Shown: positions 18,046 through 27,671 of the stretch, piece by piece
Numbering within the stretch: the first letter of the stretch is position 1
How the letters are laid out: each line of letters opens with the position of its first letter
Assembly: GCA_964589775.1 (NCBI GenBank)
Contig: CAZPUN010000039.1
Coordinates: forward strand, 48,292 to 80,291
Source of the DNA: an uncultured archaeon
GTDB lineage: Archaea; Asgardarchaeota; Thorarchaeia; Thorarchaeales; CAZPUN01
Direction of reading: 5' to 3'
DNA length: 32,000 bases
Notes under the pieces: model-generated
The model's input: the letters and a program-made list of their open reading frames with translations, nothing else
What the model was told of the DNA's origin: nothing
Databases searched by the model: none
Position numbers and translations under genes: made by a program

Positions 18046-18672
18046 TTATTTCTTTTTCCCAATTTTTGGAATGAAGAAGCCTACCTTTTTTTGATATTCT
18101 TCAAATGCATCTCCAAAATATTCTCTAAGAACACGTTCTTCTTCTCGTGCTTGCAATACATATACAAATAGAAAAGCTATCGGAAATAAATACAACAAAG
18201 TACCAAAGAATAACAGTCCGCCAAACGCATTAAGCATGTATCCAAAATACACAGGATGTCGGGTTATCTTGTATGGTCCCTTTATGACAAGTTCATGATC
18301 CGGTTTAAGGGGATTAAACGGTGATGTTAAACTCTTACCAAGTATATATATCGCATATGTGAAAATAGTTGAGCCAATAATTAGCAAAATACCACCAATG
18401 TACGATAACAAATCAAATGGGGATACAAATTCAAATTTCAAAGGTATAAAATAATCCATTTGTAAGATTGTTATGAGGCTCATTGAAAATAATAAGGCGA
18501 TGTTCATAGAATCCTCAATCATAGTAAACATCGCAATTTTTAACTTCGGGCGAGGATTATTAGGGTCTGGTTTCGCACGACCGGGTTTAAATGTTATAAC
18601 AAGTGAAATAATTAACATGATAAGAGCATAAACTGCGATGGAGAATTTAATTAATAAGTTCATTTTTCTCAC
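18046..18672 (-). CDS. Isoprenylcysteine carboxyl methyltransferase / PEMT family membrane protein
   Basis: Motifs HELVIKGPYKITRHPVY and EERVLREYFGDAFEEY. Confidence 0.88.
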   Translation of the reverse strand: MRKMNLLIKFSIAVYALIMLIISLVITFKPGRAKPDPNNPRPKLKIAMFTMIEDSMNIALLFSMSLITILQMDYFIPLKFEFVSPFDLLSYIGGILLIIGSTIFTYAIYILGKSLTSPFNPLKPDHELVIKGPYKITRHPVYFGYMLNAFGGLLFFGTLLYLFPIAFLFVYVLQAREEERVLREYFGDAFEEYQKKVGFFIPKIGKKK

Positions 18673-19017
18673 ACTTGTAGTTTTTTATGATTTTGAAAGT
18701 TTAAATTTTAATCAATCAATAATAAAATATTACAGAATTTATACACTTTTCGTTATGAGATTAATAGAAATAACACAAAACCTTGAAAACTTTTTTCGAT
18801 TTGGAAAAGCTTATCATAAGAAATATGAGATTGGTCACTTTTTGATAATTTTAGAACATTTGCTCAAGAAAAAATATTATAAATAGGCATAAATTTTTTA
18901 GGAACTGTCCGAAATCTTTTAATTGTAATAATGATTTTAAAAAATCGTTAGCTAATTAAAATCAAGCGATAATTACAATTCTATACTAAATTTCAACAGA
19001 AAAGGAAGCGAAAGCTT

Positions 19018-20472
19018 ATGGAATACAGGATAAAAGAACATCCGATTCTGAATTTTGAACGGCGAGAGAAAAAGGTCTTTAGATTCAAGAACCAAGAGAT
19101 CGAGGCTTATGATAATGAGCCAATCGCCGTTGCCCTTTATGCAGCTGGAGTGAAAACATTAGCACACAGCCATTACATGCATAGACCACGAGGCTTCTTC
19201 TGTGCAATAGGCAAATGTTCATCATGTATAATGAGAGTGAACGGAATTCCAAACGTTAGAACATGTATCACTCCAGTTGAAAATGGCATGATAGTTGAAG
19301 ATCAATCTGAAGCTTCTGAATATTTTAGTAATAAGAAGTTAGAAGCAACTCACGAAAAAGTAGAAACTGATATGGTAGTAATCGGTGCTGGACCTGCAGG
19401 GCTTACTGCGGCGATTGAAGCAATAAAATTTGGCGCTAAGGTGGTTATTATTGATGATAACCCAATGCCCGGAGGCCAATTAATTAAACAAACACACAAG
19501 TTCTTTGGCTCTCATCGAAATTATGCAGGAGTCCGCGGAATAAAAATTGCAGATATTCTAATTGATGAGATTAACAAACTTGACGCAAAGTGGTACTTGA
19601 GAACTACAGCAACTGCAATCTTCGACGGCAAGAAGCGCCGATACAAGGTTGTAGCAGCTCAAGGATACGAAAAGTTAGTAACAATAGAAACAGATACAAT
19701 TGTTGCTGCAACTGGTGCAATGGAAAAGATGATCAGATTCGAGAACAACGATCTACCGGGAGTATATGGTGCGGGTGGTATCCAGACACTTATGAACGTA
19801 TATGGTGTAAAACCTGGAAAGAACGTACTCATTGTAGGTGCAGGTAATGTAGGTGTTATTATTGGATACCAGTTAATGCAAGCTGGAGTAAACGTCAAAA
19901 TGGTAGTTGAAGCCGCACCGAGAATTGGAGCATATCTTGTTCATGCAGTAAAACTGAGAAGACTTGGCGTGCCAATTCTTACATCACACACCGTAATTAA
20001 GGCACATGGCACTGATAAAGTCGAAGGCGCAACTATCGTCAAACTTGACGAGAAATGGAAACCGATACCCGGTACTGAAGAATATGTAGATGTAGATGTT
20101 ATTGCACTTGCGGTTGGTCTTTCACCATCATCAGAACTTCTACTTCAGGCAGGATGTAAGGCTGAATACATCAGGGAACTTGGTGGTATGATCCCATTAC
20201 ACAATAAGAATAATGAAACCACAAAACCGGGAATATTCATTGCCGGAGATGTAGCAGGTATTGAAGAAGCAAGTACCGCTATGATCAATGGACGAATTGC
20301 AGCAATTTCAGCACTCAAATACTTGAACAAATTAACGCCTGAAGCAGAAGCACGACGTGAGGAAGCATTCAAAGACTTAGAAGACTTACGTGGTACTGAA
20401 TTTAGTAAGCATCTTCTTGTAGGAAAGGAAAAAGTATACAAGAAGTACAAAGAATACATGGAGGCGGCCTAA
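19018..20472 (+). CDS. Dye-linked L-proline dehydrogenase (PDH2-type) / sarcosine oxidase-like alpha subunit
   Basis: [2Fe-2S] motif CAIGKCSSC...RTC; dinucleotide-binding GAGPAG and GAGNVG; ATGA and FIAGD. Confidence 0.88.
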   Translation: MEYRIKEHPILNFERREKKVFRFKNQEIEAYDNEPIAVALYAAGVKTLAHSHYMHRPRGFFCAIGKCSSCIMRVNGIPNVRTCITPVENGMIVEDQSEASEYFSNKKLEATHEKVETDMVVIGAGPAGLTAAIEAIKFGAKVVIIDDNPMPGGQLIKQTHKFFGSHRNYAGVRGIKIADILIDEINKLDAKWYLRTTATAIFDGKKRRYKVVAAQGYEKLVTIETDTIVAATGAMEKMIRFENNDLPGVYGAGGIQTLMNVYGVKPGKNVLIVGAGNVGVIIGYQLMQAGVNVKMVVEAAPRIGAYLVHAVKLRRLGVPILTSHTVIKAHGTDKVEGATIVKLDEKWKPIPGTEEYVDVDVIALAVGLSPSSELLLQAGCKAEYIRELGGMIPLHNKNNETTKPGIFIAGDVAGIEEASTAMINGRIAAISALKYLNKLTPEAEARREEAFKDLEDLRGTEFSKHLLVGKEKVYKKYKEYMEAA

Positions 20473-20964
20473 ATGGAACTCCCGAAAGAAGTTACTGGTA
20501 TTTTAACTGAAGAAGAATTTAAGAAGCAGCTGCCACCACTCGAGAGAATACTCAAAGGTCCAGTGGCATTTACAGAATGTATTCAAGAAATCCCATGTAA
20601 TCCATGTGTTGATGCATGTAGATTCGATGCAATAAAAATGGAAAACATTTCAAAACCACCTCAAGTAGATTTTGATAAATGTACAGGTTGTACCTTGTGT
20701 GTATCAAGATGTCCCGGCCTCGCATTCTTTATGATCGATGGTTCCAGATCTGATACACACTGGAGAATTACAATTCCCTATGAATTTCTACCAATGCCAA
20801 AAATTGGTGACGTCGTAGAAGTAATTGACCGAAAGGGCGAAGTTAGAGGAAAAGGAAAAGTCGTCAGAGCAATCAAGCTAAAAGACGCCACCGGAGTTGT
20901 CACCTTGGAAGTGCCCAAGGAATACGCAGTAGAAATTAGACATTTCAGGAGGATTGAAGAATGA
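20473..20964 (+). CDS. 4Fe-4S ferredoxin-like gamma subunit of the dehydrogenase complex
   Basis: ECIQEIPCNPCVDAC and CTGCTLCVSRCPG; abuts the upstream stop codon (TAAATG). Confidence 0.88.
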   Translation: MELPKEVTGILTEEEFKKQLPPLERILKGPVAFTECIQEIPCNPCVDACRFDAIKMENISKPPQVDFDKCTGCTLCVSRCPGLAFFMIDGSRSDTHWRITIPYEFLPMPKIGDVVEVIDRKGEVRGKGKVVRAIKLKDATGVVTLEVPKEYAVEIRHFRRIEE

Positions 20965-21263
20965 GCGATGAAAATACCAATGAAAAGGGAAAGATCATCA
21001 TTTGCCGCTGTCATGATGTTACTTATGAAGAAGTAGCAAATGCGATTAAGGCAGGCTTTACTACCCTTGAAGAACTCAAGAGAACAGCTCGTATAGCCGG
21101 TGGCGAATGCCAAGGAAGAACTTGCATTCCACTAGTTTTGCAAATCATACGTGAACTGACTGGAAAATCACCTGAAGAAGCAGGTTGGGTAAAGAAAAGG
21201 CCGCCTATTGCACCAATGCCCGCAGGTCTATATGCCGCAGCAGATTTAGAGGAGGACGAGTAA
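20961..21263 (+). CDS. BFD-like [2Fe-2S] delta subunit
   Basis: ICRCHDV...ELKR...GECQGRTC...RPP; ATGA overlap with the upstream gene. Confidence 0.88.
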   Translation: MSDENTNEKGKIIICRCHDVTYEEVANAIKAGFTTLEELKRTARIAGGECQGRTCIPLVLQIIRELTGKSPEEAGWVKKRPPIAPMPAGLYAAADLEEDE

Positions 21264-22439
21264 ATGAGCATGGATTTACCAAGTCGTGCTGAAGTTGTAA
21301 TTGTTGGAGGAGGTATCAATGGTATCGCCCTCTCTTACTATTTAGCCAAGAAAGGAATTCAATCAGTAGTGTTCGAAAAAGGATATGTTACCTCAGGAGC
21401 AACCGGGCGATGCGGTGGTGGTATCCGTCAGCAATGGGGAACAAAAGAAAATATCATTCTGGCACGCGAAAGCGTAAAGATTTTTGAAAAAATTGGCGCA
21501 GAACTTGAACATCCTAGCGTTCGATTCATGCAAGGCGGATATCTGGTACTTGCACACACTGAGGAAGATGTAGAGCAGTTCAAGAAGAATATAAAATTAC
21601 AAAACTCGCTCGATGTACCTACAAAATTAGTTCCTGCAGATGAGATTAATGATATTGTTCCAGAATTAGATGTCGAAGGTGCAGGAGCTATTGCCGCAGC
21701 ATGGAATCCAACAGATGGTGGTATTCACCCAATCCCACTCACATACGCCTATCTCAGAAAGTCTATGATGATGGGTACAAAATTATTCAGATTCACCGAG
21801 GTCACTGGAATCGAATACGAAGAAAAGAATGGCGTAAAGGAAATTCAAGCTGTAAAAACCACAAAGGGCACTGTTAGAACAAATGTCGTCGTAAATGCTG
21901 CAGGAAAGAACTCAGTAGATATTGCAAAGATGGTGGGTGTCGAACTTCCGAATAAACCATATAGACATGAAATTCTCGCATTAGAACCAACTAAAATGTT
22001 CCTTAAACCTATGATCATATCATTCCGCGATAATATCTACTTCAGACAAACAATGCTTGGCGATATTATTGGCGGTTGGAGTGACCCCAATGAACCTCCC
22101 AATCCAAGTTATGAATCAACATTCAAGTTTGCTGTTGAATTTACAAAGAGACTCACTAGATATATGCCAATCTTGAGTACAATTAATGTCATTCGTCAAT
22201 GGGCGGGATCTTACGACACAACCCCAGATCATAAACCAATCTTAGGTAAAACACCTGGCGTTTCAGATATGATTCAGATTAACGGATTTAGCGGACATGG
22301 TCTTATGCTTGCACCCATTACTGCAGTCCTAATGGCAGAACTAATTGAAGGCAAAAAGCCACATATCGACATAGATTGGCTGAGCATTGAGCGATTCAAG
22401 AGCGGCAAGATTGAAAAGGAAAAATTTGCAGTTGGTTAA
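21264..22439 (+). CDS. FAD-dependent catalytic beta subunit (DAO family; proline dehydrogenase/sarcosine oxidase beta)
   Basis: Motifs VGGGING, GATGRCGGGIRQQ, RQWAGSYDTTPD and GFSGHG. Confidence 0.92.
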   Translation: MSMDLPSRAEVVIVGGGINGIALSYYLAKKGIQSVVFEKGYVTSGATGRCGGGIRQQWGTKENIILARESVKIFEKIGAELEHPSVRFMQGGYLVLAHTEEDVEQFKKNIKLQNSLDVPTKLVPADEINDIVPELDVEGAGAIAAAWNPTDGGIHPIPLTYAYLRKSMMMGTKLFRFTEVTGIEYEEKNGVKEIQAVKTTKGTVRTNVVVNAAGKNSVDIAKMVGVELPNKPYRHEILALEPTKMFLKPMIISFRDNIYFRQTMLGDIIGGWSDPNEPPNPSYESTFKFAVEFTKRLTRYMPILSTINVIRQWAGSYDTTPDHKPILGKTPGVSDMIQINGFSGHGLMLAPITAVLMAELIEGKKPHIDIDWLSIERFKSGKIEKEKFAVG

Positions 22440-22467
22440 AAAGTTACAATTCTATTTCAATTTATAT

Positions 22468-22490
22468 CTCCTTTTCATTTTTATTTTTTC
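22468..22490 (+). terminator. T-rich archaeal-type terminator after the dehydrogenase operon
   Basis: Pyrimidine/T tract CTCCTTTTCATTTTATTTTTTC starting ~30 nt after the stop codon. Confidence 0.4.
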
Positions 22491-22562
22491 AAAAATATGA
22501 AGAAAATTTTATAAAAATTAAAATAGATATTATAATTGATTATTTGAATTTAGGGGATCAAT

Positions 22563-23045
22563 ATGAATGTAAAATATGAAGCTCTTTTACTTCATGATAA
22601 AAATATTACTCAAGATATAATAAATATGGCAATTGAAGTGTTAAAAAAAGTCAATATCAAAGTCAGTGATGTCAAAGAAATTTCAATTGAACGCTTTGAA
22701 TATGATGAGGAACGCAAACAGTACAATGGTAAAGACATTCTATACAAGCTTACAGAAGAGAATGAACAAGTAATCATAATAATAATATCCGATGATATAT
22801 ATCTTCCGGGTCTAAATTATGTAATTGGATTGTTCAGAGAAAACGATGGCGCATTAATTTCCACGTATCGCTTACAAACAAAAGAACAAATAAAAAAGAA
22901 AATTCTTCATGAATCTGGACATTTACTTGGCTTGGGTCATTGCAACAATCACTGCATCATGAAGTACGCAGAGTCCCCAGACGATATAGCCAGATTACCA
23001 TTTGAATTTTGTATATCATGCAGTAAAAAAATAGGATTGGGATAA
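22563..23045 (+). CDS. amzA: Archaemetzincin (M54 zinc protease)
   Basis: HESGHLLGLGHC..HCIM...FCISC combines the metzincin motif with the Cys4 zinc site. Confidence 0.88.
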   Translation: MNVKYEALLLHDKNITQDIINMAIEVLKKVNIKVSDVKEISIERFEYDEERKQYNGKDILYKLTEENEQVIIIIISDDIYLPGLNYVIGLFRENDGALISTYRLQTKEQIKKKILHESGHLLGLGHCNNHCIMKYAESPDDIARLPFEFCISCSKKIGLG

Positions 23046-23047
23046 AT

Positions 23048-23557
23048 TTGTATGAAGTGGAAAATTTAGTTACGTACAAAAATATGGACCTTTATAATCG
23101 TGTCATCGAACAAATCGAGAAAACAAATAATGAATTAAGAATTGCAACTGCTAATTTTAAGAATTTTAGAGTAATGAAAGACGAGAAGCATACAATATCA
23201 ATTAGTCAATTACTGAATAAAATTGCAGAAAGTGCAAAAATAAAAATAATTACTTCTACAATATATTCCAGCGCATTAAAAGAATTAACTAGCCTAAACA
23301 TCCAATATGTTGTTTGCCCTAGAAACCATATGAAATTGATCATAATAGATGATGTCTTTGCATATATAGGTTCTGCAAATATGACGGGAGCAGGACTAGG
23401 AATTAGAATGGAAGAGAGCAGAAATTTTGAAGTTGGAGTTACAACGCGCGATATTAGAATTATAACAGAATTAATTGATATTTTTGATTCAGTATTCACC
23501 GGTTTATATTGTAAAGAATGTAAATTAAAAAGAAGAGGAAAATGCGACGGAATCTAA
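23048..23557 (+). CDS. Single-HKD phospholipase D / Nuc-like protein with a C-terminal Cys cluster
   Basis: HMKLIIID, GSANMT, RNFE and CKEC-x6-C. Confidence 0.85.
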   Translation: MYEVENLVTYKNMDLYNRVIEQIEKTNNELRIATANFKNFRVMKDEKHTISISQLLNKIAESAKIKIITSTIYSSALKELTSLNIQYVVCPRNHMKLIIIDDVFAYIGSANMTGAGLGIRMEESRNFEVGVTTRDIRIITELIDIFDSVFTGLYCKECKLKRRGKCDGI

Positions 23558-24282
23558 TAAATAGGAAAACCAATACCGATTGTGAAATCGCATTTTGAAT
23601 CTATCTTTCTAATGCATTTCAAAAAAGAAATCAAGTTCTTTTCAAATGTATATCGCTTTTTCCTATTTTGCGGTGCTGCTTCCGAAGATAAAAGAGCATT
23701 ATATGTAGTATATATCGCAGAAATTGGAGATGTTGGCGTTTCCATTTCCATGCCGGGATCTCCAAAATAGCTAGGAATATCTTCAAGGTCTATTATGTAT
23801 CCATCAATGGTTTTTTGAACCGCAGAAGAAGTAAAGTCTGAAAATGAACTCCGACCACAATCAATTAATTCATCTAAAATTTCAGAATTTGTTTTTACAT
23901 TAATTTCGCCGAAGAAAAATATATCGGCATCAATGACCATGTTTTTGAATTCCTCAAAATCCATATTTATTTTACATTCCATGGCTACAGACTCTATACG
24001 GTCCATAAAAGGCAGTTTATTAAAAATATCAATTATTGAATCTATATATTCAATATCAGTTTTCCTCAATATTGGTTTCAAATCAATTGCAACTGTTTCA
24101 AATCCATAATTTTCATATTCTTCTCGTTTAACTTTAACACCAAATGCTTTCAAAACCTCATCCAATTTATTTCGCTCATCCAAGCTTAATGTATCATATT
24201 CGATCATGAACAAACCAGTCAATTCTATTTTTTTATTAATTATTAACGAATAAATATCGGATAATAGCAATTGATTCACCAC
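23554..24282 (-). CDS. Acidic hypothetical protein
   Basis: 242-aa ORF filling the gap; no recognised motif; start uncertain. Confidence 0.6.
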   Translation of the reverse strand: MVNQLLLSDIYSLIINKKIELTGLFMIEYDTLSLDERNKLDEVLKAFGVKVKREEYENYGFETVAIDLKPILRKTDIEYIDSIIDIFNKLPFMDRIESVAMECKINMDFEEFKNMVIDADIFFFGEINVKTNSEILDELIDCGRSSFSDFTSSAVQKTIDGYIIDLEDIPSYFGDPGMEMETPTSPISAIYTTYNALLSSEAAPQNRKKRYTFEKNLISFLKCIRKIDSKCDFTIGIGFPIY

Positions 24283-24499
24283 GTAATATTCATAAAAATA
24301 TCCTATTAAAAATTAATGTATAATTGAAAACATTAAACAATGAAATTGGATTCAGTATATGTTTAATTTAATAAAAATAATTACTATGATGAAAACAAAA
24401 ATGGAATATTTTTTTATGTATTTAAAATTTATATTTACATTTTTTAGAAAAATTCTTTAATATATATAAAAATAATATAACTGTAAAAAAGGAGATGAA

Positions 24500-27400
24500 G
24501 TGAGGAATATGAATAAAATATCAATTATTATTATTGTGCTTTTTATAAGCAGCAGCTTTTTGGTCCAAAATATTCCCACTACTGAAGATATATCAAATTC
24601 GAGTGCCCCGAAAAAGGTATTACAAAAGAATATTGAAGATTTTCAATTTTGCATTGAAAAACCGACAAAAGTATCTATAAAGTTTGATCACGAACTCACA
24701 AAAGTTGAGATTCAGGATTTGAAACAAGCAGGGATTACATTCACTGGAAATGTCGGAAACATATATCTGGCGACCCTTGATAAGGAACAGTACGAACTTT
24801 TGAAGACATTTCCCGGTTTTGTTAAAGTTGAACCGCAAATCAGAATAAAAGATTTACCCCCCCGAGATATATCGATTCCGGAAATTAAAGCAGATCTCGC
24901 ATGGAATCTTTTGAACAATACAAATGTAAACATCACAGGAAAGGATATTCTGGTTGCAGACTTAGACACAGGAATAAATTGGAGACACCCGGACTTTTTC
25001 TATGCAGATGGTGGAGTATACAATTGGATTGATACGAACTCAGATGGCGAGCTGACCAATGGGACTGATGCAATCGACATAAATAACAACTCTATAGCAG
25101 ATTCAAATGAAACATGCTACTATGAAGATGTAAACGGAAACGGTAGATACGACCCACGAGTGGATTGGCTCTGGTTGGATAATGGTTCAATTAGTGGCGT
25201 AATTGAAAATGGCGAACCATTTTTCGTTGTAAATGATACAACTGGAGATGGATTACTAAATACAAGCGAGCAGGTAATCATGTTAAAGACGCCAAAGACA
25301 AAATACATTTTCCATATGAATGGCAATAACCTTGAGCATTGGGAGAAGGATGTAAATCTCACTCAATGTACATTGCAAGACGTAGATGGGCATGGTACGT
25401 CTGTAGCGGGAATCATAAATGGAGGACAAATAGGATATCGGGATTATGTGGGCGTTGCTCCAGATGCCGAACTAATGATGATTAAAGTGTTTGATTCAGA
25501 CGGTTTATCCGTAGATGAAGCTTTACAGCTTGCTCAGAATCATAGCGCGGATGTTATTCTTATCGAGTTAGGTTCATGGACTTTTCATTATCTTGATGGC
25601 TCAAGTAATGTAGAAACAATGATCAATAATATTGTAAATTCCGGCATTCCAGTCATTGCTCCTGCAGGCAATCTAGGAGGCTCTAGAAAACATGCGAGAA
25701 ATCAATTAACTGCACATGTACCTAAAGTAACGCATTTTAATGTCACACCATATTCTCCAGACATAAATGAGGTTTATATTACAATACTTACTCGTGATAC
25801 ACAAGATACAACACTTAACATTTCGATTCATGAGCAGATTAATTCCACATATTATGTAAGAATTCCAATTAATCCGGGTATTGGATACTATAATTTCCAA
25901 TTAACTCCGGGTTCCAATGTAGATATATATTCATTCGTATCAAATTCATCACGCGGAACACACATGGTAGCTATTGTAATAACAGGCAGAAATGGAGCAC
26001 CTTTAGTAACTGGTTCATTGTGGGCAGTCAATCTCACATCTAATTATGCAGGTACTTATCATTATTATATCTCAGATGCTCAATCATCATGGTCTGGAGG
26101 TACATTCTGGGTTGATGACGCAGAAGAAAAATATATCATCACGTGGCCTTCAACTGCAGATAAAGCACTAAGTATTGCATCATATCATACAAGAAGTCTC
26201 TGGGCAACTGCAGGAAGCTTGGCATCATATTCTCCGGAAGGCCCCAGAATTGATGGCGTATTAAAAATGGGTGTTGCGGCACCAGGTGGGTGGGATATCA
26301 TATCAACTTGGGCTAATGAATCAGGATGGTCAAGTTGGTATGATGGATATAGTGCGTTAGCATTGAAGCCGGTTTTTGGAGGATACAGATTATTTAGTGG
26401 AACTTCTGCAGCAGGACCGCACGTGGCGGGAGCAGCTGCATTATTGATGCAGGTAAATTCATCCGCAGGAAGTATCATACCGGATATTTTGAAAGAAACT
26501 GCTAGAAATGATTCATTTGTAGGAGATATACCAAATAACCAATGGGGATACGGAAAAATAGATGTATATCAGGCAGTACTAAAGCTGATGGATAGCGAAC
26601 CACCAAATATAACAAATGTGAATATTACGCCTTCAAATCCGAACTATGATGAGAAAATAAACATTTCGGCAAACATCGCTGATAGTTATTCTTCAGTGTC
26701 CAAAGCTTGGATAAATTGGAGCGTGAGCTCAGAGAGCATATCACATATTCAAGTACTTAATAAAAGCGGAAATAGTTATGCAACCCAATTAAATGGCTAT
26801 CCATATGGCACGATATTAAAGTTTAGAATATACGCCAATGATTCATCAAATAATATAGCAGTCACTTCGGAATACCAGGTGATCTTTACAGACAGAGTTG
26901 ATCCCGTTATTCTACAAGTAGATCTGAACACATCAATAGTCTTTCCAGAACAAGCAGTTCAAATAAACGTATCAGCTTCGGACATTAGTACTCATGCTTC
27001 AGGCATCTATAAGGCGTATCTAAACTGGACATCAGATAATTGGACATCCTTCACGGTAGAAACAATGACTGATTTAGGTAGTAACAAATTTACAGGTGTG
27101 ATTCAAGGATATCCTGCAAATACATTAGTTAGATATGTTATCTTTGTAAATGATACTGCAGGTAATTCTGTAATTTCCAGTGAGTATTCATACAAAGTTC
27201 AAGCGTATCCGGATGTAACACCCCCAGTAATTTCAAAGGCAGTATTACGCCCAACAACACCAATTCAAGGAAGTTCTGGAACCATTTATGTTTTCGCAAC
27301 AGATAATTCAGGAACAGTATATGTTACAATTTCATATTCATTTAATGGTGTGGATTGGACAAATATCACGGCAACAAAAATAAACGAAACTACATATTCT

Positions 27401-27664
27401 GCAACAATAAATTATGGTCAGCATTCAATGTTGTATATTAAGATATACGCTCGAGATCCATCCAACAATTACGTAACACTGAATCTACCAGCGATTCCAA
27501 TTCAAACGTCGACATCGCCTAGTTCAGGCACATCATCAAATACGACAGAAGAGAGCTCATGGAATATATTAAAGACATTCTTAAGCTATGATTTTCTTAC
27601 GATATTGTTCTTAGTATCTCTAATTGTAAATATCGTATTAATAATAAAAAGAAAGAAGAGCTAG
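24500..27664 (+). CDS. Secreted, C-terminally anchored S8 subtilase with internal insertions and three Ig-like repeats
   Basis: Signal peptide; catalytic triad motifs DLDTG, HGTSVAG and SGTSAAGPHVAG; WGYGKID; DxxxP-led repeats; S/T linker, TM helix and KRKKS tail. Confidence 0.92.
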   Translation: MRNMNKISIIIIVLFISSSFLVQNIPTTEDISNSSAPKKVLQKNIEDFQFCIEKPTKVSIKFDHELTKVEIQDLKQAGITFTGNVGNIYLATLDKEQYELLKTFPGFVKVEPQIRIKDLPPRDISIPEIKADLAWNLLNNTNVNITGKDILVADLDTGINWRHPDFFYADGGVYNWIDTNSDGELTNGTDAIDINNNSIADSNETCYYEDVNGNGRYDPRVDWLWLDNGSISGVIENGEPFFVVNDTTGDGLLNTSEQVIMLKTPKTKYIFHMNGNNLEHWEKDVNLTQCTLQDVDGHGTSVAGIINGGQIGYRDYVGVAPDAELMMIKVFDSDGLSVDEALQLAQNHSADVILIELGSWTFHYLDGSSNVETMINNIVNSGIPVIAPAGNLGGSRKHARNQLTAHVPKVTHFNVTPYSPDINEVYITILTRDTQDTTLNISIHEQINSTYYVRIPINPGIGYYNFQLTPGSNVDIYSFVSNSSRGTHMVAIVITGRNGAPLVTGSLWAVNLTSNYAGTYHYYISDAQSSWSGGTFWVDDAEEKYIITWPSTADKALSIASYHTRSLWATAGSLASYSPEGPRIDGVLKMGVAAPGGWDIISTWANESGWSSWYDGYSALALKPVFGGYRLFSGTSAAGPHVAGAAALLMQVNSSAGSIIPDILKETARNDSFVGDIPNNQWGYGKIDVYQAVLKLMDSEPPNITNVNITPSNPNYDEKINISANIADSYSSVSKAWINWSVSSESISHIQVLNKSGNSYATQLNGYPYGTILKFRIYANDSSNNIAVTSEYQVIFTDRVDPVILQVDLNTSIVFPEQAVQINVSASDISTHASGIYKAYLNWTSDNWTSFTVETMTDLGSNKFTGVIQGYPANTLVRYVIFVNDTAGNSVISSEYSYKVQAYPDVTPPVISKAVLRPTTPIQGSSGTIYVFATDNSGTVYVTISYSFNGVDWTNITATKINETTYSATINYGQHSMLYIKIYARDPSNNYVTLNLPAIPIQTSTSPSSGTSSNTTEESSWNILKTFLSYDFLTILFLVSLIVNIVLIIKRKKS

Positions 27665-27671
27665 AGGATTC

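Noticed and set aside
18638-18886. 82-aa plus-strand ORF
   Set aside because: Lies in an AT-rich divergent promoter region, overlaps the ICMT start and has no motif.
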